From an uncultured bacterium (GTDB lineage Bacteria > Chloroflexota > UBA5177 > JANWHV01): DNA of 64,000 nucleotides. The stretch lies in the NCBI GenBank assembly GCA_963729625.1, contig CAVSOU010000008.1, forward strand, positions 672,001 through 736,000. Reading direction: 5' to 3'. Within the stretch, counting starts at the first letter, position 1. Every line of letters begins with the position of its first letter. This document shows, piece by piece, positions 1-9,409 of the stretch. The notes under the pieces are model-generated. The model was not told the DNA's origin and searched no databases. It worked only from the letters and a program-made list of their open reading frames with translations. Both the position numbers and the translations under genes were made by a program.

Positions 1-223
1 GTGCCATGGCCAGCGTTTGGTCGGTAAGGGCAGCGGTCTCTACCAGCACGCTGGACTGGGCTTCGGCAATAAGGGTGACGAGCGGATCTTTACCGGCGCT
101 CGGCTCCGACAACAATACGTAGGTGGGTGCGTTCAGCGCTCCGGCCCGGTGCGCGCCAGCGGACTGCACGGAAAGGGCAAGCAGGCTGCAGGCGATGAAG
201 AATCGAACGAGACGCTGTACCAT
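1..223 (-). CDS. Secreted phospholipase D-like protein, N-terminal part (runs off window start)
   Basis: Manual translation from ATG 223: MVQRLVRFFIACSLLALSVQSAGA (signal peptide), then LLSEPSAGKDPLVTLIAEAQSSVLVETAALTD, resembling the EP..G....I..A..S+.+E.Y.LTD start of PLD-like domains. Confidence 0.5.
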   Translation of the reverse strand, partial: MVQRLVRFFIACSLLALSVQSAGAHRAGALNAPTYVLLSEPSAGKDPLVTLIAEAQSSVLVETAALTDQTLAMA

Positions 224-396
224 CACGCGTATGAAGGTAGGGGGCCGAACGCAGCGTGTCAACTCAGCCGCTGGATAGCGAGTCGATCGAGGAGCCTGCT
301 CGCGCGTTTCCTGAGCCGTCCCTCGGCGGATGGCCGGCAGGTGCGGCGCGTTGCCGCGCCGTCGACTGCGCCCCCGTCTCGTGCAGGATGTGATGC

Positions 397-951
397 ATGC
401 CACTTGCGACATTCTTCCTGCACGAGGATGATTGGGGCGAGATTGAGCTGCTGCCCGTGGAGAATCGCCTGCATTGCTTGGGCATGATGGACGATCTCCG
501 GGCGTTCACGCGCAGGCAGGCTATGGGCAACGCCTTCGTACTACCCAATGTCCAGCGGGATTGCCGGCTTTCGGAGCGACAGATCCCGGTTCTCGAGCTG
601 AGTGAGCGCCTCGGGGACAGCTTTGCTCTGGCGCCAATGGTCCAGAGTGGGTCGAGCACATCACTGCAGACACTGGTCAACGCGTTTGCCTTCGGCCAGG
701 GATACGGGGAACGAGGTGCGTTCTATGGCATGCAACAGGAGGGCATCGTCTTCACACTCAACCTGTTATTGCCCCAGTCTTCCGACCCCGAGATTCTGGC
801 GACATACGCTACTGCCCTCGCCTCACTCGCGGTTGCTCACGACCTATTCGTGCTCGATTGGTGGCGCAAACGCGTTGTCTCCGTGCGAGATCCGGCGCCC
901 GCCCTGGACTACATCTGGCAAAACACGGCTGATTCCGGTCTGCGTCCCTAG
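397..951 (+). CDS. Hypothetical protein
   Basis: 184-aa ORF with normal globular composition (FLHEDDWGEIELLPVEN); stop overlaps the stop of the convergent USP gene. Confidence 0.7.
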   Translation: MPLATFFLHEDDWGEIELLPVENRLHCLGMMDDLRAFTRRQAMGNAFVLPNVQRDCRLSERQIPVLELSERLGDSFALAPMVQSGSSTSLQTLVNAFAFGQGYGERGAFYGMQQEGIVFTLNLLLPQSSDPEILATYATALASLAVAHDLFVLDWWRKRVVSVRDPAPALDYIWQNTADSGLRP

Positions 952-1895
952 ACGAAGAGGAAGTCGTCGAAGATGTTGTCCTCTTCACTCTCACTCTGCT
1001 CGACATCCGGCAGAGTCGACTCGGCCGTGTCGTCGGCGTCGTCGACACCGCGAACGACGAGCACCGGCGTGCCCGAGTTCTGCAGGACCTGCCCGGCCAC
1101 GCTCGTGGGAGAGAACCGGATTCGACCATGTCGCGTGTGCGTGGCGATGACTATCAAGTCGATTTCGTGGTCGGCCACGGCCGTGAGGATGGCTTCGGCA
1201 GGGCGGCCTACCGGCGCCAGCACGCGGTAGGTCCGACCGTTCAGCACACTTGTCGCCACGCGCTCGAGATAGTTTCGTGCCTCGTCCCGGCGCTGCTCAA
1301 GATCGTGCGTCAGGCGCTGATCTTGCGGGGCGCTCGACGGCGGCTGCACCGAGCGGAGCAGCACGATCTCGGCGCCGGCGTTGATGCGAAGCTTCTTGAA
1401 CGTTGCGAGCGCTGCCTCCGCAAAGCCGGAGCCGTCGAGCGGCACGAGGATCTGTTGATAGCGATCCACCTTGGCGATACTGGGAGAGTCGCCGCTGATC
1501 ACCAAGACGGGCACGTTGCTCTCCTGGACCACCTGCTCCGTCACAGAGCCCAGCACCATGCGGCGCAACCCGGTCCGGCCGTGCGTGCTCATGACGATGG
1601 CCGTGACCGCGTGCGTCCGTGCCACGCGCAGAATACCCGGCACAGGATTGCTGAACAGACTGGCGATCTCGACCGTGAAGCCGTCCGTCCGCAGGCGCTC
1701 ACGAACGGCATGAAGGTACGCTTCGGCGTGCTGCACCGACGAGCGAGAAGCAACGCCCGTGTCAGGGTCAACCACAGGCGCAGCCGCACGCACCAGAAGC
1801 AGGCCCGCGTCGGCCATGAGGGCGAGACGGCACGCATGGGGCAGTGCCTGTTCGGCGAGAGGTGAGCCATCGAGCGGGACCAGGATCGTGCTCAT
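948..1895 (-). CDS. Universal stress protein, tandem UspA domains
   Basis: Two ILVPLDGS motifs; IVMSTHGRTGLRRMVLGSVTEQVV...PVLV; acidic tail. Confidence 0.95.
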   Translation of the reverse strand: MSTILVPLDGSPLAEQALPHACRLALMADAGLLLVRAAAPVVDPDTGVASRSSVQHAEAYLHAVRERLRTDGFTVEIASLFSNPVPGILRVARTHAVTAIVMSTHGRTGLRRMVLGSVTEQVVQESNVPVLVISGDSPSIAKVDRYQQILVPLDGSGFAEAALATFKKLRINAGAEIVLLRSVQPPSSAPQDQRLTHDLEQRRDEARNYLERVATSVLNGRTYRVLAPVGRPAEAILTAVADHEIDLIVIATHTRHGRIRFSPTSVAGQVLQNSGTPVLVVRGVDDADDTAESTLPDVEQSESEEDNIFDDFLFV

Positions 1896-2028
1896 CGTCC
1901 GTCTCCTTCAATCTGTGGATGGGTGACACGCAACCCGAGGGAAGGAAGACCCCCGTCGTGGAAGACAATCGTTCTCGCGCTCGAGCCGCATCGCGGAGCA
2001 CGAGATTGCTACGCGATGATGCCGCCGA

Positions 2029-2625
2029 TCACAGACGCGCAGGACTATCTGCGCTCAATGGGCCCAGGATTGTCGAGCCGCGAATCTGCTGAACCGCTTG
2101 CCAGGCGGGCCCACCAATCATGACCATGAACTGCTTCGCTCCGACGAATCGCGACCGCTGAGAGCCTGCGACAACGGCGCGATGCTGTGTCGCGTGCGTC
2201 CTGCGCATGATTGCTCGGTTCACGGGAAGTGCAGCGGCGAGGATTGCACTTTCACCAGCGGAGACTGAGAGGGCCAGTGAGCCGACCGAGCGCACGCGAA
2301 GATGCGCCGGCAACTGTTGCAGCATGAGCAGCTGTGCCCAGGGGGGTCCAGCTAACAGTAGGCAGTCGAACGGGCGCTCATCGTGGAGGCCGGTGACAAG
2401 GCGCGCGGTATGCGCGGCGCGCTCGCGAATGCGGGTCGACCCGAGCGGACGGAGCTTGGCCACCTCTGCACTTCCAGCGCTCTTCAACCTGTGTACGTCG
2501 ACCGTGTACTCACGAGCGTCTTCAATGCAGGTGCCACGCAGTGCGAAGACCCTCGTGCGCGCTTCGTCAAACAGTATCAGGCCGATACGCAGTGCCATCC
2601 TTGGGTTCTCCGCCGTGCAGACCAT
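2029..2625 (-). CDS. baeRF/host-attachment-like protein (standalone eRF1 middle-domain-like), copy 1
   Basis: IGLILFDEARTRVF...HTARLV...FDCLLLAGP...LPAHLR..SVGSL pattern; GGGAGG SD before ATG 2625; paralogous to 14187-14780. Confidence 0.6.
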   Translation of the reverse strand: MVCTAENPRMALRIGLILFDEARTRVFALRGTCIEDAREYTVDVHRLKSAGSAEVAKLRPLGSTRIRERAAHTARLVTGLHDERPFDCLLLAGPPWAQLLMLQQLPAHLRVRSVGSLALSVSAGESAILAAALPVNRAIMRRTHATQHRAVVAGSQRSRFVGAKQFMVMIGGPAWQAVQQIRGSTILGPLSADSPARL

Positions 2626-2746
2626 CCGCAACCTCCCTCGTTCCCGAGGCTCGCTGGGGAAGCAGGCTTCGGGGTGACCCGGCACCACCCTCGTTAGGCA
2701 ATACTACGCCCAACTGGGCCACGTCGCAAGGGCCGAAAGGCCGGGA

Positions 2747-3157
2747 TTATTCCCCCGACAGCGCTACATGGCGGCTCTTCCGACGTGGCCAGGCGTTCGC
2801 TACGATGGCTTGTTCGATTTCGCCCAGCAATTGTGTGACGTTGCTTCCCTTGAGCAAGAGCGCGGCAGCGCCCGCACGGCGCAAGCCCTCGGCTTCATCA
2901 CCCACCAGCGATGAGGTGAGCACGATTACGGGACAGCCGTTCTCAGCCAGCCGCGGAATGACTTCCGCGGCGTCCCCATCGACCGTGTGCGGATCATAGA
3001 TGATGGCATCAGGTGGTGTTTCCCGTACGGCAGCCAGCGCGTCGACCAGATGCTTGGCGGCGGCGACAGTGCCGACGCCTCCGCTGTGCCGAAGGCGCGT
3101 CGCCAGCGCCGTTCGTACGCCATCATGGCCATCCAGGAGAAGTATCATTCGTTCCAT
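2747..3157 (-). CDS. Standalone response-regulator receiver domain (NarL-like)
   Basis: LLLDGH, PDAIIYD (phosphoacceptor Asp), VIVLTS, LLKG; no output domain. Confidence 0.85.
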   Translation of the reverse strand: MERMILLLDGHDGVRTALATRLRHSGGVGTVAAAKHLVDALAAVRETPPDAIIYDPHTVDGDAAEVIPRLAENGCPVIVLTSSLVGDEAEGLRRAGAAALLLKGSNVTQLLGEIEQAIVANAWPRRKSRHVALSGE

Positions 3158-3454
3158 CGTCTCATCTCGACCGGGGATCTTCACCGAATCCCGCTATCTT
3201 GACCGCGTTCCGGGACTTCATGCACAGGTCGAAACCCCTCTGTTGCCCTCGCACATACAGCCCCAGGCTGCGCTTGCCGCCGGTGAGACCCGGCCGGATC
3301 CGCCCCCGCGCCCGCCCGAGGGTCCGGCATACCTAATCAAAATAGTGCGTTCCAGAGCGGTTGCGAACCAGTGCCGTTTGGCCCCCGGCACGCGGGTCAA
3401 GGTGCACCAGACGCGAAGACATACGTGATGGCAGGGAGGCGCCGGGGCAGGCGT

Positions 3455-3937
3455 TCAGGCCCGAGAGGACCGAGACCGCGCTACGACCTGCATGCGCGCA
3501 AGGTCAAATTGATACCATCGTCTTGTGCCGGGGTCGTAGGCATCAACGCCTACGGTGAACGCGGCAGGCCGCGTATACACGTGCGCTACGGTCCAGCCGA
3601 AGCCGACCTTCCCGTCACCAAAACGCCAACGCCATGGTCGCTGCATTGCCGCTGGCACGAGCGACTTCGCGACGTCGGCGCGATTCTCATCGAACACGAT
3701 CCTTGCTCCGACGGCATATGCGCGCTGGAACACAAACGGCGCATACGCTTTCAGTTGCGCAGACGTAACAGGCACGGCAGGATTGAGAATTGGCAGCACG
3801 CCATTCGCAGACAGCGACGGCCAGCTGTCCAGGGCGCACGCTTGTGCGCTGCCCGCCACGAGCCAGGCGGCCAGCACACTCCACGCCAGTGGCCATCGAC
3901 GCATTCGCGGCGCACCATGCACGGACACAGCGCGCAT
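3455..3937 (-). CDS. Secreted PKD-domain protein
   Basis: Signal peptide, WRWRFGDG...HVYTRPAAFTV PKD signature; ATG overlaps upstream TGA (TGATG). Confidence 0.8.
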   Translation of the reverse strand: MRAVSVHGAPRMRRWPLAWSVLAAWLVAGSAQACALDSWPSLSANGVLPILNPAVPVTSAQLKAYAPFVFQRAYAVGARIVFDENRADVAKSLVPAAMQRPWRWRFGDGKVGFGWTVAHVYTRPAAFTVGVDAYDPGTRRWYQFDLARMQVVARSRSSRA

Positions 3938-5109
3938 CAGAGCAACTCGCGCGCGGCCGCGGCGATGCGCGAGGCCATCACCGGCACGTTGAAGTACGCG
4001 CGCATCGAGCCGCCGGCGTCGATCAGGTAGATGCCTGCCTGATGCACTATCGTCTGTCCTGGCTTGAAGATCGGTGAAGGCGCGGGCACATAGATGCCGT
4101 AGGCCGCCCAAATCGGCGCCAGAACGCTCCGCGGCGCGCTGAGGTAATGCCAGTCAGTTCCCTGCCAGCCGGCGTCGCGCGCGAAGGCGGCGGTGTTTGC
4201 CGCACTGTCTTGCTCGGGGTCAACGCTGATCACGACCACACAGAGGCGCGCGGATGCGGCTCCGAGCTGTCGTCGCACGAGACGCATGGTGACGCCGATC
4301 AGCGGGCACTGCTCTTTGCACACCGAGCTCAAGAAGGTGACTGCGACGGTCTTCCCGCGCAGAGATGCCGGCGTAATCGTCCCGCCGTTCTGATCCGTCA
4401 GTGCGTAATACGGCGCTCGCTTCGGCGGGTTGAAGACAAAGTCCGCAGCAAGAGCGCGAGTGGAAACCCTCTGCGCAAGGTCCCCCAGAGGCTCGACCCG
4501 CGCGCAGGATCCGCAGGTAATCGCTCCGGCCTGCGCCAGGCCGTCGCGGACGATCTGGCGATCGAGGGGTCCGACTTGCTGGCCCTGCAGCCTACCATTC
4601 GCATCGAGAAAGAAGCTCGTGGGCAGCGTCTGCACGTCGTACTGCCATGAGACCGCCTGATCGTCTATGAGCAGCGGAAACGGCAGATGAGCGACTTTGC
4701 CGAATCGAGCCGCCGTGACCAGCGTGTCACCCGAGGTGGCCACGGCGACAACCCGTATCCCCTGCGACCTGAAAGTGTTGGTCGCCCATGTCAGAGTTGG
4801 GAGATCATCCAAACACGGCCCGCACTGCGTGTTGGTGAACGTGAGCAGGACCGAATGCCCGTGAAGCGCCAGCGGCGATAGCGTGCCGGAGCCGCCGGAA
4901 ACGTACGGGAGTCTGAAGTCTGGCGCGAAAGGCGCGGCCGCGGTCGAACCGCCGGTCCTGCTCACCGCGGCGGCCGTGGCGCCAACGGCGAGCGACAACA
5001 GCAGGAAGGCCGCGAGCAGAAACCTCGGAGCTCGCCGGTAACCTGTGCGCAGGCGAACGCTCCTCGAGACGTCGACGGAAATAGGTGATACGGCAATCGA
5101 ATGGCTCAC
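3937..5109 (-). CDS. Membrane-anchored TlpA-like redoxin + SCO1/SenC fusion
   Basis: TM helix; APDFRL...QCGPC...LPTSFFLD (TlpA); LTDQNG...CKEQCP...ISVDPEQD...VHQAGIYLID (SCO CxxxC + His). Confidence 0.9.
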   Translation of the reverse strand: MSHSIAVSPISVDVSRSVRLRTGYRRAPRFLLAAFLLLSLAVGATAAAVSRTGGSTAAAPFAPDFRLPYVSGGSGTLSPLALHGHSVLLTFTNTQCGPCLDDLPTLTWATNTFRSQGIRVVAVATSGDTLVTAARFGKVAHLPFPLLIDDQAVSWQYDVQTLPTSFFLDANGRLQGQQVGPLDRQIVRDGLAQAGAITCGSCARVEPLGDLAQRVSTRALAADFVFNPPKRAPYYALTDQNGGTITPASLRGKTVAVTFLSSVCKEQCPLIGVTMRLVRRQLGAASARLCVVVISVDPEQDSAANTAAFARDAGWQGTDWHYLSAPRSVLAPIWAAYGIYVPAPSPIFKPGQTIVHQAGIYLIDAGGSMRAYFNVPVMASRIAAAARELL

Positions 5110-5198
5110 TCCTCACTGTAGCACAGGCAACAGCCGCGTGCGCCGTGCGAAGTCTGCCACTGTGCTCTGCCGAACAATGAGCACGGGAGGACACTCAA

Positions 5199-5453
5199 AT
5201 GGTCGCGGCGCGACAACCCGTCAGACTGGAGGATTTTCTGGCCCTGCCGGATGATGGCAATCGCCATGAGTTCGTACGAGGAGAGGTGCACGTAATGCCT
5301 CCACCCAAGGGCAAGCATGGGTTCGTCGAGGCGGCAATCATTGAGGCTATTGGCCGCTACCTGTGCGAGCACGCTCTGTCACTGGGCTGGGAACCGCGGC
5401 AGGGACTTTCCGGCTTTTCGCTGCCGCTCACCTGGTCTTCGCCTGGTAGCTAA
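5199..5453 (+). pseudogene. Uma2-family endonuclease remnant, internally deleted
   Basis: N-terminal EDFLALPDDGNRHEFVRGEVHVMPPP joined to C-terminal-like LSGFSLPL; catalytic core absent; GGAGG SD retained. Confidence 0.75.
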
Positions 5454-5465
5454 AAGGCGGCGGCA

Positions 5466-8400
5466 CTACTTCGCGATAGCCACTTCGTTGGCGCCCGCGG
5501 CCGACGGCACGACCGCCATTACCGTGTCGTCCGAGGTGCGAATGATAGTTACCGCGTTTCCGCCAATGCTTGCGACATAGAGATACTTTCCGTCGGCAGT
5601 CACGTCGAGCCCATGCGGCTGGGCGGCGACGGGGATAGTGGCGGAGACGACGCGCCTTGCCGCGTCGATCACGCTGACTGCATTGCCCAGCTGGTCGGCT
5701 GCATAGATCGTCTTGCCATCCGGACTCACCGCGGGCAGCGCCGGCCCCCTGCCGATGGGAAACGTCGCCACCGTCGTGCGGGTCTTCTCGTCGACTACCG
5801 ATATGCTGTTTGCCGTCTGATTCGTTACCCACGCTTCATGGCGCTGCGGATCGACGACCACACCGAACGCGCCCGGGCCCGTCACAACGGGCCCGATGGG
5901 CTGTTTGGTGACGGCGTCCACGAGGTAGATCCATGCGCCTCCGGCGCAGGCTACGTACAATGTATGGCCGTCCTCCGACAGATCAAGGCCGTGCGGCTCG
6001 AAACACGCGTCATTGGGAAAGGCGATACGACTGGACGATCCCGAGATCACGTTGAGCGCGTAGAGATCGTTGGAACGGAAGTCGGTGACGAAGGCCTGCC
6101 GGTGGTCGGGCGTGAAGACGATGTGTGCCGGTCCCAGCCCCACTTCAAACGTCTGTACCACGCGCATGGTACGCAGATCGATCTTGGAGACCGAACCCGG
6201 GTCTGCCCCGAAGTTCGTCACGTAGGCATACGGGGTGCCGTCCAACACGTCGACGCCGTGCGCCTGCGCGCCGGTATGCAGGATCGGTTTGCCAAGCAAG
6301 CGCACACCATTCGACCCCATCTCGCTGACTATCGCCGTATAAGGAAGCCCCGCGGCGAAGGCCGCGCCATATCCTGCCGGCTTGGCCTTTGAGGTGGGTG
6401 TCACGGGCCCCGGTGTTGACCTCGATCCATCAAGCAGGTGTATCGGGCCGCTCAGAGGCACTTGAAAGACAAACTGGCGAACGGAGGTCCAGGCTCCGCT
6501 GACCTCGATCTGCACCGTCAATCCCCAACGGCCTTCCATTGGCGCAAAGAGACCGGAAGCCTGCCAGCGGCCGCCCCCGAGCGACTGGGTGATAACCGTC
6601 TGGTCGCCCATGTCCATATCCAGCGAAGCCGACAGGATCTGCACGGCAGGCGCGTGCAGGTTGGACAACGTCAGAGTGTTGGCCGCACTGAGGCGCCCAG
6701 GACTGAGACCGATCTGGATCGCAGCGGGATTGAGGCCCGCAGGCAAGAAGCCCGCGCCGGAGCCGGCGATGAACTGCAACGGCACGTCACGATATTCCAA
6801 CGGATCGCTGTGGGTGCGCACCAACACATCAGCTTGCCAGCGGCCGTTTTGCACCAGGTCACCCGTCCCAACGTAGCCGCCTCCGGAAGGCGTGGTCTCG
6901 GAGAACACGGCGCCGAGCGCCACATTGTCGGGCATTGCGAGTTTGATGCGTACCTGGCCGTCGAACACGACCTTGCCGCGCTCGCGGACGATGGCAAAGA
7001 GCCGCGCGTGCCCCACGACCGGAGGGCTGATGGCAAGTGAAACGTCCAGCAGTGCTTTGTGTGCCGCTCCGCTGATGCTGTTGGGGGAAGCAGGGGTTGG
7101 CGTCGCCACGGCGACGGTAGAGGGTCCGGCGGATGCCTGACCGGGCGCCGAGAAGACCGTGACCGCCGGCGCCACCTCGCCCATCAGTGCCACGCAGAGC
7201 AATACGCCGGCGCCCAGCAACGGCTCGATTGCGAGGCGTCGGGTAAGCGAGGCGAAGCCCGCGGGCAGCGAGCCGGTCCGTCGATCGGTCAATATGGCTG
7301 CGAGATGTGGGCGTGATACGAGGACGTGGGAGGCGCTGATGGTGACAATAAGGCCAATGATGACCAGCTTCGCGATCAAGAAGCGGCCGTACTGCGAATT
7401 GAAGAAGGTGTCGAGACTGCTCACGTGGACCTGGGCGTTGAACATCCCGGTGGCCATGGCAGCCGGCACCGCGATCAGGGCCACCGGCGAATAGCGCGTC
7501 AGGATTATGAGGAATGCGAGCCGCGAATCATCACAGGCGCCGGCGCTCTCGCTCACGCTTGTGAAGAGCGCTGGAATCAAGGCCAGGGCAATGCACGCCA
7601 TGCAGCCGATCCAAAGCGAGTTCGCGACGAGGTGCAGCCAGTCCAGCAGCACCGACGTAGCCACCATTTGCGTGACGGCATCAGCATGACCCGACATCGC
7701 CATGGCCACGAGGTAGAGGCCGCCAAGGACGCCGGCCGCAGGCACGGGAACGGAGGCTGACCATCCGGACGCGCTCGCGTCGAGCTTGCCCTCTGGTGTG
7801 GTGGGCACGAGCATCAGCGCTACCTGCGCGAGGAACAGGAAAGCCAGCCGGACGAGCCAGAAGGCGCCATAGTGCGAATGCAGGATGTCACGAATCACCG
7901 TGAAGGATGTGAGCGTGCCTCCGCCCGCATAGGCTTGCCCTTCGAGCTCGATCACGCTCGCCAGCAATGTGGCAAGCAGGCCGATCTGCACGATAGCGAC
8001 CACCCGTTCCGAGGCGCGAGCTGCCAGTGCGGCGATGGCGCCGCGAGCATCAGTGCGGGCCGGACGCAGAACAAGAAGCTCGAACGCCAGGGCGCCAGTC
8101 CACAGCGTTGAGGCGAGCAGTACCAGCCAATGGGCTAGCGAGAGGATCAAGCCCGTGAAATCAAGCGTTGGCCAGGTCGTGGCGACAGTGCCTGAACCAG
8201 ACCCAAGCAATTGTGCGCCGGCTCCGCCGACCGTGAACACGTAGAATCCATGCAACACGTGCCCGTCCTGCGCGGAGTCGCTGGTCCAGAGAACGGTATA
8301 CTGGCCGTTCTGCAGCGCCGGGATAGTCACGTCGAGCTCCTGGCTATCCGCCGGATCCTGGCTGCCGGTATCCGCGTTAACCTGGCGGCCCTGCGCGTCT

Positions 8401-8600
8401 TTGATCACGATCTGGGAGAGCGAGGCATTGATTGGCTCGTCGAACCAGAAATGCACGACACCGCCCGGCATGACCAGTCGGCTGTCTGGTGCAAGATCGG
8501 CACGCACGAGGTGGGCATGCGCGAGGGCGCTGCCGGGCAACAGCAGCAGCGAGATAGCGGTAACTACCAGGCAGAACGCGAGCCGGTAGAACACGGCCAT
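5466..8600 (-). CDS. CopC-CopD-YtkA/FixH-like-YVTN beta-propeller fusion (copper uptake/resistance)
   Basis: Signal ALA/HAHLV and SAQDGH (CopC); multi-TM with AMSGHAD, DWLHL, SQYGRFLIAK (CopD); Ig-like GRWQADV and LDMDMG...MEGRW; C-terminal YVTN/FVTD/WVTN repeats. Confidence 0.9.
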   Translation of the reverse strand: MAVFYRLAFCLVVTAISLLLLPGSALAHAHLVRADLAPDSRLVMPGGVVHFWFDEPINASLSQIVIKDAQGRQVNADTGSQDPADSQELDVTIPALQNGQYTVLWTSDSAQDGHVLHGFYVFTVGGAGAQLLGSGSGTVATTWPTLDFTGLILSLAHWLVLLASTLWTGALAFELLVLRPARTDARGAIAALAARASERVVAIVQIGLLATLLASVIELEGQAYAGGGTLTSFTVIRDILHSHYGAFWLVRLAFLFLAQVALMLVPTTPEGKLDASASGWSASVPVPAAGVLGGLYLVAMAMSGHADAVTQMVATSVLLDWLHLVANSLWIGCMACIALALIPALFTSVSESAGACDDSRLAFLIILTRYSPVALIAVPAAMATGMFNAQVHVSSLDTFFNSQYGRFLIAKLVIIGLIVTISASHVLVSRPHLAAILTDRRTGSLPAGFASLTRRLAIEPLLGAGVLLCVALMGEVAPAVTVFSAPGQASAGPSTVAVATPTPASPNSISGAAHKALLDVSLAISPPVVGHARLFAIVRERGKVVFDGQVRIKLAMPDNVALGAVFSETTPSGGGYVGTGDLVQNGRWQADVLVRTHSDPLEYRDVPLQFIAGSGAGFLPAGLNPAAIQIGLSPGRLSAANTLTLSNLHAPAVQILSASLDMDMGDQTVITQSLGGGRWQASGLFAPMEGRWGLTVQIEVSGAWTSVRQFVFQVPLSGPIHLLDGSRSTPGPVTPTSKAKPAGYGAAFAAGLPYTAIVSEMGSNGVRLLGKPILHTGAQAHGVDVLDGTPYAYVTNFGADPGSVSKIDLRTMRVVQTFEVGLGPAHIVFTPDHRQAFVTDFRSNDLYALNVISGSSSRIAFPNDACFEPHGLDLSEDGHTLYVACAGGAWIYLVDAVTKQPIGPVVTGPGAFGVVVDPQRHEAWVTNQTANSISVVDEKTRTTVATFPIGRGPALPAVSPDGKTIYAADQLGNAVSVIDAARRVVSATIPVAAQPHGLDVTADGKYLYVASIGGNAVTIIRTSDDTVMAVVPSAAGANEVAIAK

Positions 8601-8669
8601 ACGCAACGACTCTCTTCTTCGGTTCCGCGCACGCAAGCGGGCGATCGGCGACGTGATAGCTCCAGCTCG

Positions 8670-8830
8670 TTGATCGTCAATAGTGCATAGTCGCCGGCAC
8701 GGCGCCCATCAGCGGCGCGGACAGTGAACCACTGAAGATTGTACGCTCCCCTGGTCAACTTGGGCACACGCAGCGCCAGTACCCTCGAATGGCGGTGACG
8801 ACGCTGCAAGCGCGGCCTCGACGCGGACAA
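8670..8830 (-). pseudogene. Degenerate CopC C-terminal fragment
   Basis: LALRVPKLTRGAYNLQWFTVRAADGRRAG resembles the CopC end (L..G.Y.+.W..+.A.DGH..G) with the His lost; upstream frame is closed. Confidence 0.45.
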
Positions 8831-9409
8831 CTGTACCTTGCGGTTGCAGCCGCACTGAAGGACTGTACCACACGGCCCACCGGACCCACACTCTCAGCCA
8901 CCATAATAGGCTGCGTTGCACGGCTCGCCGAGCATCGGCTCGCGGCCCGCTCCCGCTCGCAACGTGCGTGGCTTCCAGAGGTTACTGCGAGCCCGCGAGC
9001 AATTCATGACTGCGGGGCGCGCGAACTGCGCATTGCCAAAGTTCTGATCGCCTCGAGGTGCGTTCCTTCAGGGCGAAGCGTCTGCCGGCACGTTTCGCCA
9101 GCTGCCCGGCAAGCGTCTATATCGAAGTCACGGCTTGATCTAGACGACTTTGCGCTGACAATCCGCGCTACATCTGCGGGTTCCGTCGTGCCTCCACCTC
9201 GGTGTGGTACCTGGGCGACCGCTTCCTGGGCAGTGGGCTGCCATCAGGGCGGCAGCCCTGATGTTCAGGGCCAAGACGATGCGCCCGGTCTCCGTGGATG
9301 CGGTGGGCCAGGCACCCCGGGCAGGGCGCTGGCTCCAGGGCGGCATGCGCTATACTTCTCGACGTCGTCGTCAGTGACGCGATGTGCCGATGAGAGGGGG
9401 GGTTCGTTC

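Noticed and set aside
8789-9409. 207-aa N-terminal extension of the M20 ORF
   Set aside because: No recognisable domain; a TATACT -10 and SD precede ATG 9410, so this is open frame in high-GC DNA
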